From positions 128,001-192,000 of the forward strand of contig CAVXRD010000001.1 in assembly GCA_963764165.1 (NCBI GenBank): DNA of 64,000 nucleotides. Reading direction: 5' to 3'. Origin of the DNA: an uncultured Verrucomicrobiae bacterium. GTDB lineage: Bacteria > Verrucomicrobiota > Verrucomicrobiia > Limisphaerales > Palsa-1400. Position 1 is the stretch's first letter; every line of letters starts with the position of its first letter. The translations under genes were made by a program, and so were the position numbers. This document shows, piece by piece, positions 27,418-39,200 of this stretch. Under the pieces are notes generated by a model, which did not search any database, was not told the DNA's origin, and saw only the letters and a program-made list of their open reading frames with translations.

Positions 27418-29646
27418 TTAATGCGGGTACGCTCCAGCCTTGAGCTCTTGTCCAATCACAAGAAGCCTGGCCCGGACGGTGCCTGGCAAAGCTCCCTCCA
27501 ACTCGTGGCATAGAGTTTCGTAATAGAGATCTGTATGCAAGCCGTCGTGTGCCGATGAATCCAGAAAAGCCCCATTAGCAGCATCGTCGAGGTCAATTTG
27601 CTCCCTCAGCAAAATCGCCCGAGCCCTGGTGGCGCGCACATCATTACGCGCAACAATATGATGGGCGTCAGTGCCTGGCGGCCTGGGTTCACCCACGGCT
27701 TCGAGGTTACCGGCGAGATCCCTGGCACAAGCGTTATGCGTAAGAATATTATCATCACCGACAAAGTAAGTATGTGTGTCCTTAACCTCAAAGTTAAATA
27801 CGACATTTGATGACAATTCGATCGTCATCGACGATAGCTCTAAATTGTTACCATCCAATGTCTTTAAGACGTCTCCAGAACACAGATTGGCTGCCTCTCG
27901 CCATCCCGACCCATTTACCCAAAATCGGTGTTGCGGCGTTGTTTCCAAGAGGTTTGTGCCGAAACGAAGGATGGCAAGCTCACCTACAGAACGACGGAAT
28001 AATCTCCGCACTGGCTCCACAATAATTTCACCCTTTTCTACGTCCCATGACCATACACTGTCCCCAATTCTTACATCTTCTATCTTTTTGTAGCCGTCCA
28101 CTTCCATAATTAATGTTCCGGAGACAAAACAGTTATTCGCAGTTCCGTTTTCCGATATCTCACCATATTTCATTCCAGCAGTGGCCCCGTAAATGCTCGC
28201 AAAAATCAAGACGGCACTCGCTTCCCTTTGCTCAAGTGTTGCATTTGGATCCAAGAGAGTCGGTCCGTAACTCAATCCGCTGTATACCGCTCCCCCGACT
28301 CCCAAGCCTACGCCAACGGCCGGAATGTAGCCGGCAAGCGGACCTAAAACCGCTCCGAGAGCCGCCCCCTCAAAGACCGACCTTGCAGTTATCGCTCTTC
28401 CCTCTGCCACATTGGCAACAGCGCTGCTAAGTCCTCCAATCGTGGCTCCAATTCCCATGGAGATCATCAAGTCTCCCATATCGTGCCCGCTCGGGTCGAT
28501 GTGATTGGCCGGATTTGCTTCGCAATATAGATATTTATGAAGGGACAGAGGATCGGTTTGGTCGCCATCATAAGTATCTATTGTCCAAAACCGCCCCAAT
28601 TTTGGGTCATAATAGCGGGCGCGGAGGTAGTATTGCTGCAAGTCCGGGTCCCATTGCTGACCGGTGTAGCGGTAGTTGCTTGTCGTGCTGTTGGTGCTGT
28701 TGAGCAGGTTGCCGTAGCCGTCGTAGTCGAAGCTGGCTGCGACGGTGTTGCCGTCCAGCAGCATGCGCGTGCTGCCTTGGCCATCGGAGGCGAAATACAG
28801 GATGTCGTCGCCGTCGGTGCATTGGCTGATGAGCGACAGGCCGTAGGCGTAGGATATGGATGTCCCGTTGTACGGCGAGAGGGATGTCCATTCCACCAGC
28901 ACTTGCGGGTAGCCGGTTGGGTTTTGATCATCCACCAAATATGTGGTCGTGATGCCGCCCACGGTCTTGCTGATGCGGTTGCCGTCGGTGTCATAGGTAA
29001 TCTGGATGTTGGTTCCGCGGGAGATCAGGCGGTTCTCGGCGTCGTACTTGGCGCCGTCGGGCACGCCATTGGTTGTCACCGAGTTGCCGTTGAGGTCGTA
29101 ATTGGGGTTCGCATTGTTCGCCCAGCCGTCTGAGTCAATCTGGTCTCGGTGGTCGAAGACGAATGCCTGATTGGTCAGGTTGTCGTACGGCGTGAAACCA
29201 AAACTGACGGTTCGGTTTGTCCGGTTGCCCACCGGGTCGTAAGCGTAGGTCTGGCTGCCGTCGTTGGTGCCAGTATTGCTGTAGTACGTCTCCGAGGTCA
29301 GGCGGCTGACGCGCGGAAGGTTTCCGCCGTCGTAGCCGTATATGATCTGGCGAACGACACTGGTGCCCAATGATTCGGTCACATTTGTCCGCGCGCCGGT
29401 GGCGTTGAGGCCGTAGGCGTAGGTTTGCAGTTGCGTTCCGGCGTTGTTGGTCAGGGCCACCTGCAACAAACGATTCTGCGGGTTGTAGCTGTAGGTGTGC
29501 GACATACCGCCGGGATAAACGCACTTGGCCTCGTTCCCCACCGCGTCATACGTGTAACTGGTCACGTTCGGCGAAGAAATCGTGCTGTTGGTCACGAACG
29601 CCAAGCGGCCAAAATTATTGTAGCCGTATATATTTCTCAAGGCCAA
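27418..29646 (-). CDS. Orphan RHS-CT module: RHS core end, pretoxin HINT domain and AHH (HNH-fold) nuclease
   Basis: YYLRARYYDPKLGRF, DPSGH; HINT from CFVSGTLI to VFNFEV..THTYFVG...THN; AHHIV...NGAFL...HDGLH. No native N-terminus. Confidence 0.88.
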   Translation of the reverse strand: MALRNIYGYNNFGRLAFVTNSTISSPNVTSYTYDAVGNEAKCVYPGGMSHTYSYNPQNRLLQVALTNNAGTQLQTYAYGLNATGARTNVTESLGTSVVRQIIYGYDGGNLPRVSRLTSETYYSNTGTNDGSQTYAYDPVGNRTNRTVSFGFTPYDNLTNQAFVFDHRDQIDSDGWANNANPNYDLNGNSVTTNGVPDGAKYDAENRLISRGTNIQITYDTDGNRISKTVGGITTTYLVDDQNPTGYPQVLVEWTSLSPYNGTSISYAYGLSLISQCTDGDDILYFASDGQGSTRMLLDGNTVAASFDYDGYGNLLNSTNSTTSNYRYTGQQWDPDLQQYYLRARYYDPKLGRFWTIDTYDGDQTDPLSLHKYLYCEANPANHIDPSGHDMGDLMISMGIGATIGGLSSAVANVAEGRAITARSVFEGAALGAVLGPLAGYIPAVGVGLGVGGAVYSGLSYGPTLLDPNATLEQREASAVLIFASIYGATAGMKYGEISENGTANNCFVSGTLIMEVDGYKKIEDVRIGDSVWSWDVEKGEIIVEPVRRLFRRSVGELAILRFGTNLLETTPQHRFWVNGSGWREAANLCSGDVLKTLDGNNLELSSMTIELSSNVVFNFEVKDTHTYFVGDDNILTHNACARDLAGNLEAVGEPRPPGTDAHHIVARNDVRATRARAILLREQIDLDDAANGAFLDSSAHDGLHTDLYYETLCHELEGALPGTVRARLLVIGQELKAGAYPH

Positions 29647-30253
29647 GCTTATTCACGGTTTCGGCCTTCCACGCTTCTAGTTGAGCCAGTGCCGTTTCTG
29701 GATTTTGCAAAAGCTTGCCTTCGATCAATTGCGTTCTTTGTAGCAACTCGGCAATCCACGGAGTGTCTGATTGTTCAAATCTTTGCTTAAATTCAGCCAA
29801 TACTTCCAGACCAGCGGCATAATCACCGTTTCTAACCAACGTATAGGCGAAGGCCTCCAGAGTGTGTGGATTTACGCGCTGTCTGTCAAACTCGACAGAC
29901 GCCTTCAGATACCTTAGAACTCCTTCCCGTGTGAGAACATTATTGAGAAACGGGATTGCCTCACTACGAATGACCGCGTTTAAGTCTGCTAGTAAATTCG
30001 GATTATCCAGACGCCAATTCAGAGCGTTCCCAATGCGATTCCCGTAATTGAAGTAAATATAATCTGTTGGAACATAGAGGGGAAGGAAAAAAACATGCAA
30101 ATGAAAGTAATTGGCGTCGGAGGTGTTTTCAAAATATAATGTGCGCAGAAAATCGTCCGCAGGCGACATAAGGATCATTTTTTTCTCCGATATGAAGCCG
30201 GGTAAATCAGGCAACAGCGCTTTTGCAATTTTTTGAGCTTGTTTCGTTGTCAT
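29615..30253 (-). CDS. Putative immunity protein for the main RHS toxin
   Basis: ATGA overlap with the toxin stop, visibly lower GC, 212 aa. Family not recognised. Confidence 0.7.
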   Translation of the reverse strand: MTTKQAQKIAKALLPDLPGFISEKKMILMSPADDFLRTLYFENTSDANYFHLHVFFLPLYVPTDYIYFNYGNRIGNALNWRLDNPNLLADLNAVIRSEAIPFLNNVLTREGVLRYLKASVEFDRQRVNPHTLEAFAYTLVRNGDYAAGLEVLAEFKQRFEQSDTPWIAELLQRTQLIEGKLLQNPETALAQLEAWKAETVNKLGLEKYIRLQ

Positions 30254-33200
30254 GGTCTAATTTCTTCAATCGGTATGTTTTGATAACCTTCCGGTAAATG
30301 CTTTCGGATTTGTTGGATTCGAGCGGCTTTAAGTTTAGCACTTCCTGTTTTCAAATCCCACACTGCTTGAGGTTGCAATTTGTCGCCCTTAACCACATCC
30401 AAGCGTACGGAACCGGGTGTGCCATAAGGGACTTCTTTTCCGTTAAGATATGACACCTCCGAATTCAGTCCCATCGCTTTTACTTCTTTTGCAAATGCCG
30501 TATGTGCCTTTGTGCCAAAACCCGGCATGCCCTCCGTTAGTCCAAACTCCTCTTCAACAGTTTTCGCCGCACGCCCAGCGGCTCCCATTAAATTTGCGGC
30601 AGTTGATTCCGTCAAGGCGAATTCCTGCGCACCTTGAACCGTATTCGCGCCATTTACTTCCAGACTCACGGCCTCCCCGCTGACATTAGCCCCAAACAAC
30701 AGGTCACCAGCCACGTCGACTGTCGCGCCAATCCCGTAACCCAATGCGAGTCCATTGGCAACGTCCAGAAGATAGCCGCCCAGTATCGCGTTTTCAGTCA
30801 GCCTGTTTTGAACGCCGATAAGCGTTGCCTGAAGCGCATTTCCGGCAGCTAATACTGCTCCATTGTACATTCCATCCAGGCCCGCAGCGATAGTGGTGCT
30901 CATCATCAAGCCACCAAGATCGCCATCATGCCCTGATGGGTCCCTCATGTTCACCGGATCCGCTTCGCAGTACAAGTATTTATGAAGCGACAACGGGTCT
31001 TCCTGATTCCCGTCATAACTATCGCTCGTAATGAAGCGGCCAAGGTTGGGCGCGTAATATCGCGGCCCAAGACTGTACATTTCAAGATATGGATCATAGA
31101 ACTCGCAGTCATACAGGTAGAAGTTTTGATCCGACCCTGTTTGATACAGCAGGTTTCCATAACCATCATAGTCATAGGTGTCCTGTACGCTTCCCGAGCC
31201 ATCTAAAAGCAGCCGCACGCTCCCTTGCCCGTCAAATCCCGTGTAACGAACGGGCGAATTGCTCCAGTTTTGGCTAATCAAGCTCAAGCCCCACACGTAA
31301 CTAACGGTGGCCGACATGGCTTCGGGCCAGTACTGCGCCACCACCTGCGGATACCCGCTCGGACTCATTTCATCCACAAGGTAAAGATTGATGCCGTAGG
31401 ATTCATTGACCCGGTTGCCAGAGTGATCATACTCCAACACATCGTCCCCTTGGTCGGTGATCAGCCGGTTCTGCGCGTCGTAATAATTTCCCGAAGCCGA
31501 GCTGGGCAGGGCCAGCGTGTTGCCGTTGGCGTCGTAGTTTGTGTTCGCATTGTTCGGAATATTATCGCTGTCAATCAAATCACGATGGTCGTAAGCATTC
31601 GTTTGCCCGGCCACCGGGGAACCGGCCCAAGTCCGGCGCGTCAAGCGGTTTCCCGCTGGGTCGTACGTATTTGTCACCGCCCCGATGAAACTTCCTGACG
31701 TCCCGTAAAACGCCTCGGACGTCAACCGGCTCACGCGGGCTAGGCCGGAGCCGTCATAACCCCACGCCACCTGGCCCAATGAGCCGTGGCCGCCGGATTC
31801 GACCACATTGGTCCGGCTCCCCACCATGCTCAACCCGTAAGCAAAGCTCTGCACCAGCACCCCACTACCATTGGTCAAGGCCAGCCACGTCAGACGGTTT
31901 TGCGCGTTGTAACTACAGCTATGCTGCACGCCGTTGGGATACGCGAATCCCGCGAGATTTCCGACATTATCGTAACGATATGTGGCAGCATTGGTGGCCA
32001 GATAATTGCTGACGCTGGACAGACGCCCCAAAAAGTCATAGCCGTAGCCCACGCTTACATCCGGCGGACCGCCGGATATGGCCACCACGCCCGGACTGTA
32101 AGCCTGCATGGTCTGCACCTGATTATTGGGTGTGTAGGTATATTGAAGAGCGCCTTCGGGACAGGTCTTGACGATCAGCCGGCCCACATTGTCATAAACA
32201 TAATCCTCCTCTCGGAGAAGGCTTCCGCTGTTCGTAATCCAGACGTGGCTTAATTGGCCGCCAGGCAGATATGCATATGTTTCCGTTGTGGTTGTTTCCC
32301 CAAGGTTAATCGGCGGCAGAACCTTGGTAGCTATCCGCCCCACCACGTCTTCGGTCGTGACGATGGTTTTGCCGCGGAAATCCGTCACCGAAGTTTGTTG
32401 CACTTTGATACTCGAACCGTTGGTCAGAGGGACGTCGGCGTAGGCGGTGATTTCGGCGGAGCCGTCGGGCAGGATGCGCATGGTGCGTCGGCCCAGGGCG
32501 TCGTATTGGTATTGTGTGAGGTTGCCGTTGGCGTCGCTCTGCGAGAGTTGGTTGCCGCGCTCGTCGTAGGTGTACTGGTAGGTCAGTTGACCGGAAGAAG
32601 CTGTGTCCAGGATGACTGAGGTCAGCAATCCACGGTAATCGTAGGTGTAGGCTGTCTTAACTCCCGCCTCGTCTGTCGTCCCAATTTTGTTCCCGGCCCC
32701 GTCATACGCAATGGCCGTCTGATGGCGCGTCCCGTCGGCCAGCACCGGATACGTCGTCAACACCAGCCGGTTGGCCGTGTCATATAAATAATCTGTTTCG
32801 TGGCCGTTGGCGTCAATCATCGCGATCTGGTTGCCATTGGGGTCGTAAAAATACTGCGTCGAGTTCGTGCCGCCGGTGGGCGCGATGGTTTGATTAATGC
32901 TTGACAGGTTCACCGTGTAATTGGTGTAAACCAGCACGTTGGTGCGGCGTCCGGCGGCATCATAACTGTATTGCGTGACGTTGCCATTGGCGGCCATGGA
33001 ATATCGCACACGACCGGCCAGATCATAGACCGTCCGCGTGAAGGAGACAAGCGTTCCCGCGCTCGTGTTGGTCATTCCGTAAATGGTGTCCGCTCCCGAG
33101 CGGGTGATGAGAGCGGTGTTCGTCTGCCTGGTCAGCGACACACCCGAAAGCCGCTCCACACAAACCACCCGCCCTGCTCCGTCGTAGACATTCAAGCTCG

Positions 33201-36200
33201 CGGCATTGGTGGTCGCGCCGCCCGTGCCAGGCACGGACCGATCCTGCGTGTAGAGAACATGATTCAACTCGTCATACGTCATCCGCGAAACCGTCCCGTC
33301 CGGATACGCCGTTTCGATCAAATTCCCCGCCGCGTCGTAGGTGTTGGTGGTGGAGCGATTGTCCACGTCCGTCGTGATGTAGGGATGCCCGGCGTGGTCA
33401 TAAATCGTCGTGCTGATGCGGCCAATCGCATCAATTGTGGCCACCAGGCGATTCTCCGCGTCATATTGGTATTGCGTCACGATGGGCGTGTTTGGAACGC
33501 CATTGACGGTCGCCGTCGTGGTCTCGGAAGTCCGGTTGCCGTTGGCGTCGTAAGTGTAACTGGTCGTCGAGACAGGCATTCCACTGCCAGACGGCCATTG
33601 CTGCGTCATCGACGCGACTTCGCCCGAGCTGTTCGGCTGCGGCTGGCCGCTGCCGGGATAATATGCATAGGAGGTCGTCACCGGATATGACACGCCTGGC
33701 GATTGCTGCGTCGAGCTGGCCACCAACCCGCCCGCCGCCACGCCGTTAATTCCCATGATGGCCGGCGCGTAAGTCATCGACGATTGCGAGCCGGTCGGGT
33801 CTTGCGATTGCAGCAGATTGCCACTGGACGGATCGTAAACATTGGTCGTGCCGTTGCCATTGGCGTCCGTCGACAACGTCGGCTGACCCATCACGTTCAA
33901 CTGCACCGACGTCGAATTTCCCAGCGCATCCGACTGGCTGATGGGCCGGTTCAACGAATCGTATTGGGTCTTCTGCGAATTGCCGTAGCTATCGGTCTGC
34001 GCGGTCACATTGCCATTGTTGTCATAAGTATAGGTCGTGCCCGTGTAACCCAGATCGCTGATCGGCTGCAACACACTGCCGACAGCGCCGGACGGAGCGT
34101 AATTCACCGTCACCGTCTGGTTCGACCCGCTGACCATGCGCGACACCGTTTGCACTGTGGTTGTTGGGTTGTAAGTGTAAATGGACGTGTGCAGGAAGGC
34201 ATCAAACTGATTCGAGAGCGAACCATCGCCAGCGGCAGAATACAGATTGCTGGTCACCAAGATTCCACGCCCGTCGAACACCTGCGTGAGCCGATTCGTG
34301 TTCACGTCATTGTTCGAATCATATCCGTAAGTCGTCCGCTCGAAACCGCCCGTGGCGTAATTGGTGACCTTGTCCACCTCCATCAAAAGGCCATTGGTCG
34401 GATTCGCGCCCTGCACCAAATAACGCACCACCCAATTGGTGGCATACGCCCCACTATGCATCCCCGCCGACGCATCGACGCTATCGGAGACGTTGATCCA
34501 CGTCTCCGGCGGGCTGGTGTTGGTAATTGTGGTATAACTGAATTGAATCACCCGCCCATTGGAGTGCTGCATGGCCGTCAGCCGGTTGAGGTTGTCATAG
34601 CCATAACTGAGTGAATTGCCATTCGCGTCCGTAATCTGTTTCAGCAGCCACACCCCCGAAGGCTGAATGAACTGATAGGTTGTATTGGCTGCGGTGGTGT
34701 AGACAAAGGTATCAGGGCTAAACTGAGTTGTCTGGTTGTCAGGGTCTCCAGTTAAAAAGAATGTGTTATGGCCCCAAGTATTCAAATCGTCTGAATAGCC
34801 CAAGCTCGCCGTCCCCTGCATTGCCTCGGTGCACGTCAAAGTGCCCTCATTCGGGATGCACGGCTGAAAGGACAGTGACAGGCCCGACCCCTGAGGGTCA
34901 TCGGCCGGCGCCAAAGTCGGCGAAAAGTAAGCAGAAGCGCCGCCGGGAAGCGTAAGAGTGACCAGATGGCTTGTTGTCTCCGCAGCGTAGGCGACTCCAG
35001 AATAGTCGAAACCAGCTTCGATCCACCCATTAGCCAGATTTCCATTGGCGACTTGGACGGAGGCGACACTCCAACTAGGCGTCCAGCCAATCCCTAGATT
35101 ACCCGGGCTATTGGTAATCTGGCTCGTGTAAGAACGGGAAATCGACAAGGGCAATCCCGGCGCGGGCAATTGCAGATCGGTCGCTGAGGTTTGATACATC
35201 GTCAGCGGCGGTTGAACGAGCATTGTCATGGTGCAGGTGGCAGATGTGAACGTCGCGCCGTTTTGGTAGTCTCCAAGCAGCGCCACGGTCGGCGAAACCG
35301 GAAGAGTCACCGCCTGCGCCGTCACCGCATGCGTTCCACCCGGCACATTGAACCACGTCATTTGCGCCACCGGCCCCGGCGCGGAGCCAATCGCGTTCGG
35401 CCCGTCATAGAACGTCACCATCGCCCCGGCCCCGTTGGTCGTTTGCACCGACGCCGTCAGCGTCAAATTCGTGGGCCCCACATTCGTAATGGAACCGTTC
35501 GTAGCCGGCACAACATACGTGCCCACAGTCAATACGATTGGATTAGCATCCGGAGCGCTGAATATGTTTGAGTACAGCACCGAAGCCGAGGAAACCCCGC
35601 TGATCTGCCCCTGCTGGTTGACATCCACCAAATCAAACCAAAACACCGTATTGTCAACCGTGTTGCTCGGGACTGGAAACGAGAAGGCCGTGCCCGGTCC
35701 CGAATAAATGAGATAATCCGGCGGCAGCGACCAGGAAAGCCGGTAGCTCGCCGCCCCGCTGACCGGCGACCACGAAAGCAGAATGTTCGACGACCCGCAC
35801 GCGGCCGTGAAATTCTGCGGCGGCATGCTCGCCAGCGTGGCCGAGGCCACGATGGCAATCGGCGCGGAATCCACCGTTGTGCCAAAAGGCGTCGCGGCCT
35901 CGACCACATAATAATTGGTCACGCCATTTTGAACCGGCGAACAGATGAACGACGTTCCGTAAGTGTTTCCCAGCGCCGTGTAAGGCCCCCCCGCCGAGGG
36001 CCCGCTCTTGATGAAATAGCTGGCCGCGCCGATCCCATTCCATTGCAGCGAGACATAACCGTTCCCCGGTGTTCCGATGGCCGTCAGGATGCCCGTCGCC
36101 GAAGGCGTGACGTTGGTGGCCACCGCCCTGAAACAGTTGAAATTGCTGTCGAAGGCCGTGACCCGGTAGGCGTAGGTCACGCCATTTACAACATCATAAT

Positions 36201-39200
36201 CATAGTAGGCCAGGCCGTATCCTGTGCCGCTTAGCACCTGGTAGGAAGCATCCGTATTGGTCTGGAATTTCCTCTCCACAAAACACTGATACTGCGGAGG
36301 GTTGCCCAGCGACTCCCAATGCAGGTAGACCAGGCTGTCGAAACCAGTCGCGGCGAGCGTGAAGTTGGTTGAAATGTTGGTTGACAAACCAAGCGTGTTT
36401 GAGGGCGTGGCCGAGGCAAATGCAGGCTTGCCCAGCACGTAATCAAAATAACTCCAATTTGTGTTCGCATTCGTCACTTCGTAGAGCACCTCCGGCGTCA
36501 CCTGATAATTGTAAGTCGTGTCATTGCTCAGCCCCAGATGCCAAAACCTGGTGTCATTGAGATTGGTGGCGACGAACGCGAAGTTAGTAGATCCATTCGT
36601 GTTAAATCCAACGTTGTAAGACGTCGCATTCGAGACCGCCTGCCACTCCAAATACACCTGTTCATTGCCCGCCACGGCAACCACCTTAAGCGGCGCCCCG
36701 ATGTTACTGAGGTCGGCGCACTCTGATATCGGCCCGACAATGGTTGAATAGATCCCAGGCTCACCATTCGACACGGCGCAAACCCTGAACCAATAGATAT
36801 ATTCAGGTATCAATCCCACGTCGTTGGTCATATTGTAAGTATAAGTATCGGTTGAGATGTTGCTCAGGCTCGATGCGGAGTAGAATACAGGCCAGGGAAA
36901 CGATGACGCTGTAGGCGCTTGCTTATTTTGATCGTCTTGACGGCAGACATATGTTTCAATATCAAACCCGTCCAGCCCGCTCGTCGCGTCAAACTGCCAC
37001 GTTAATTCGATTTCACCGTTCTGCGGGACCCAGTTGGTCAAGATGATGGGGGCTGGAACGCAGGTTGAGGGGTCCAGCGCAATAGGGCCATTGGTGATGG
37101 ACGGCGGGCCAAAACCCGCGCCATTTCCAGCCACGACATAATAGTAGTAGTTAACGCCGCCCTCCGCCGATATATCAAGATTCGACTCAACCGTTGTTTC
37201 ATTAATGATGGAGTACGGGCCGCTAAGGCTGGTGCTTCGGCAAACCTGATACACCGTCGCGCCGTCTACAGCATACCAAACCAGGTGGATGTCCTGGCAC
37301 TGCGAATCAATGCCATAATTCGTCGACCCGTATAAATAGGAAGAGCTCCATATCACGTTGGTCGGCGGCGGATAAGGCGTCGCCGAGGCTTGGTCAGACT
37401 GCGGCGTTTCACTGCCCGCATACATTGCTGAAACAGTGTAATAATAAGTCGTCCCATTGCTTAGCCCGACATCGAGGAACGAGTTGCTCGTTGAGGTTCC
37501 AACGACTCCGTACGTCCCTCCGTTCGTCAATGAGCGATAAACATTGTAATAAGCCGCTCCTGGAAACGAGGCCCAATTGAGCTGAATTTCCGTGCTCAAT
37601 GGCGTCGCCACCAACTGCCTTGGCCGATCCGTAACGACGGACCCGCACGCAAAGACCGACTGCCATCCAATCCAAACGTTGGTTGCAAACTCAATATTGG
37701 GATTCAAGATTGGTTGAGCCGACTGGTAGTCAGGATAATTATAATCGAAACCATTTTGGTCGAACTCGAGATCACCCCATTCCCATACGTTGCCGGATGA
37801 GTCCAGGGCGACGCACGAATCCCACGCCACATCGATTTTGATGATGTTTGACAATCCGTAAACCTGGACGGGATTCGTATACACGCCGCTGGAAGCATCA
37901 TAGCCTTGGGCCGCAAGCCCCCACTGCCAGACAGTTCCATCTGACATCAGGGCCAGCGAGTATAGCCCGCCTGCGCCGATCGAGACAACGTTGGTTGGGA
38001 GCCCAGGTGCTTGTTGAGGAACATTGGTGAATCCGCAATCGAGAGGAGGCCCGAAAATGCAGCCATTGAGCAAAGCCAGCCGCGGCACAAATCCAAATTC
38101 CCACACCGTTCCATTAGATCTAAGGGCCATGTAGTGCGAGGCCGAAGCCGACACTTGTATTACTGGGGAGCCCGTGTCAAAGTCCGTCACCCTGGTCGGA
38201 ACTTCATCCGGCCCTCCGAAAAGGGTGAAAAACCCCGCATTTACGACATTATAGTCGTCTAGATCTGTATCGAGCGACTGCATTTCTCCCCAGCACCAGA
38301 CGGAGCCATCGACACCCAGGGCCAAGGCTGACATAGCCTTGTCTGAAGCGACCTCAGCCACCGAGATTTGTTCCCCTTGCGCGTTCGTGATTCCAGTAAT
38401 GGGGTTTGCCTTAAAGGTGCCCACTCCTTGGAATGTATTATTGCCTTCCCACTCGTCAAGCTCTCTCCCAATCTCTCCAAACTGGAGGTCGCCCCAGCTC
38501 CAAATTGTTCTATTTGTGCCCACAGCCCTGATGGCGTAGATCGCGAGATAGCCCAGCGAGACGTCAACAGTGTTTGTCCAAGGCGCCAGCACGCCGGTGT
38601 CATTCGACATTTCCACGAGAATTGGGGTGGTAAAGTAGGGCAGAAGCTCGTTGGTTCCCACGCCCTCGCCGAAGATTCCGTAAGCGGCGGTCATGGATCC
38701 CCACATAAGGAGATTTCCGGCTTCGTTCACCGCAGCTCCCCCATCAAACGGATCGTGGCTAAATGCCTTTAGATTCGTCAACCCGATGGATTGGACAGGA
38801 GTTGACACCGAAAGCGGATTTGTCCATGGCCACGCCTTGGATGGCAGGTCTGGGGTGGGAATCGGCAAGGAAGCGAAGTTCCCATCCGCCAGACTGCCCC
38901 ACTTGTTATTTCCCCACCCTAGCATAACCGTGGGTGGCAGCGGGATGATCGGCACCGGCACTTGATTTGTAGACAGCATGGCGCCGTCCGAAACGCGGAC
39001 GAAAAAGGCGGGAACGGCTATGCCTTGGTGGCTGATCCCGGGCGTCCATGCCATCGTGCTTTGGCTGTTAAACGTGCAATTGGGTTTTGAGGCGGTCGGT
39101 GGCGCAAACGGCGTTCCGTTGATGACCAGGGTGCCATTTGTCACCGTTTCAATTTCAAAATAGAATGGCCAGCCGTTCGGATCCCGCGCGTCGGACTTGT

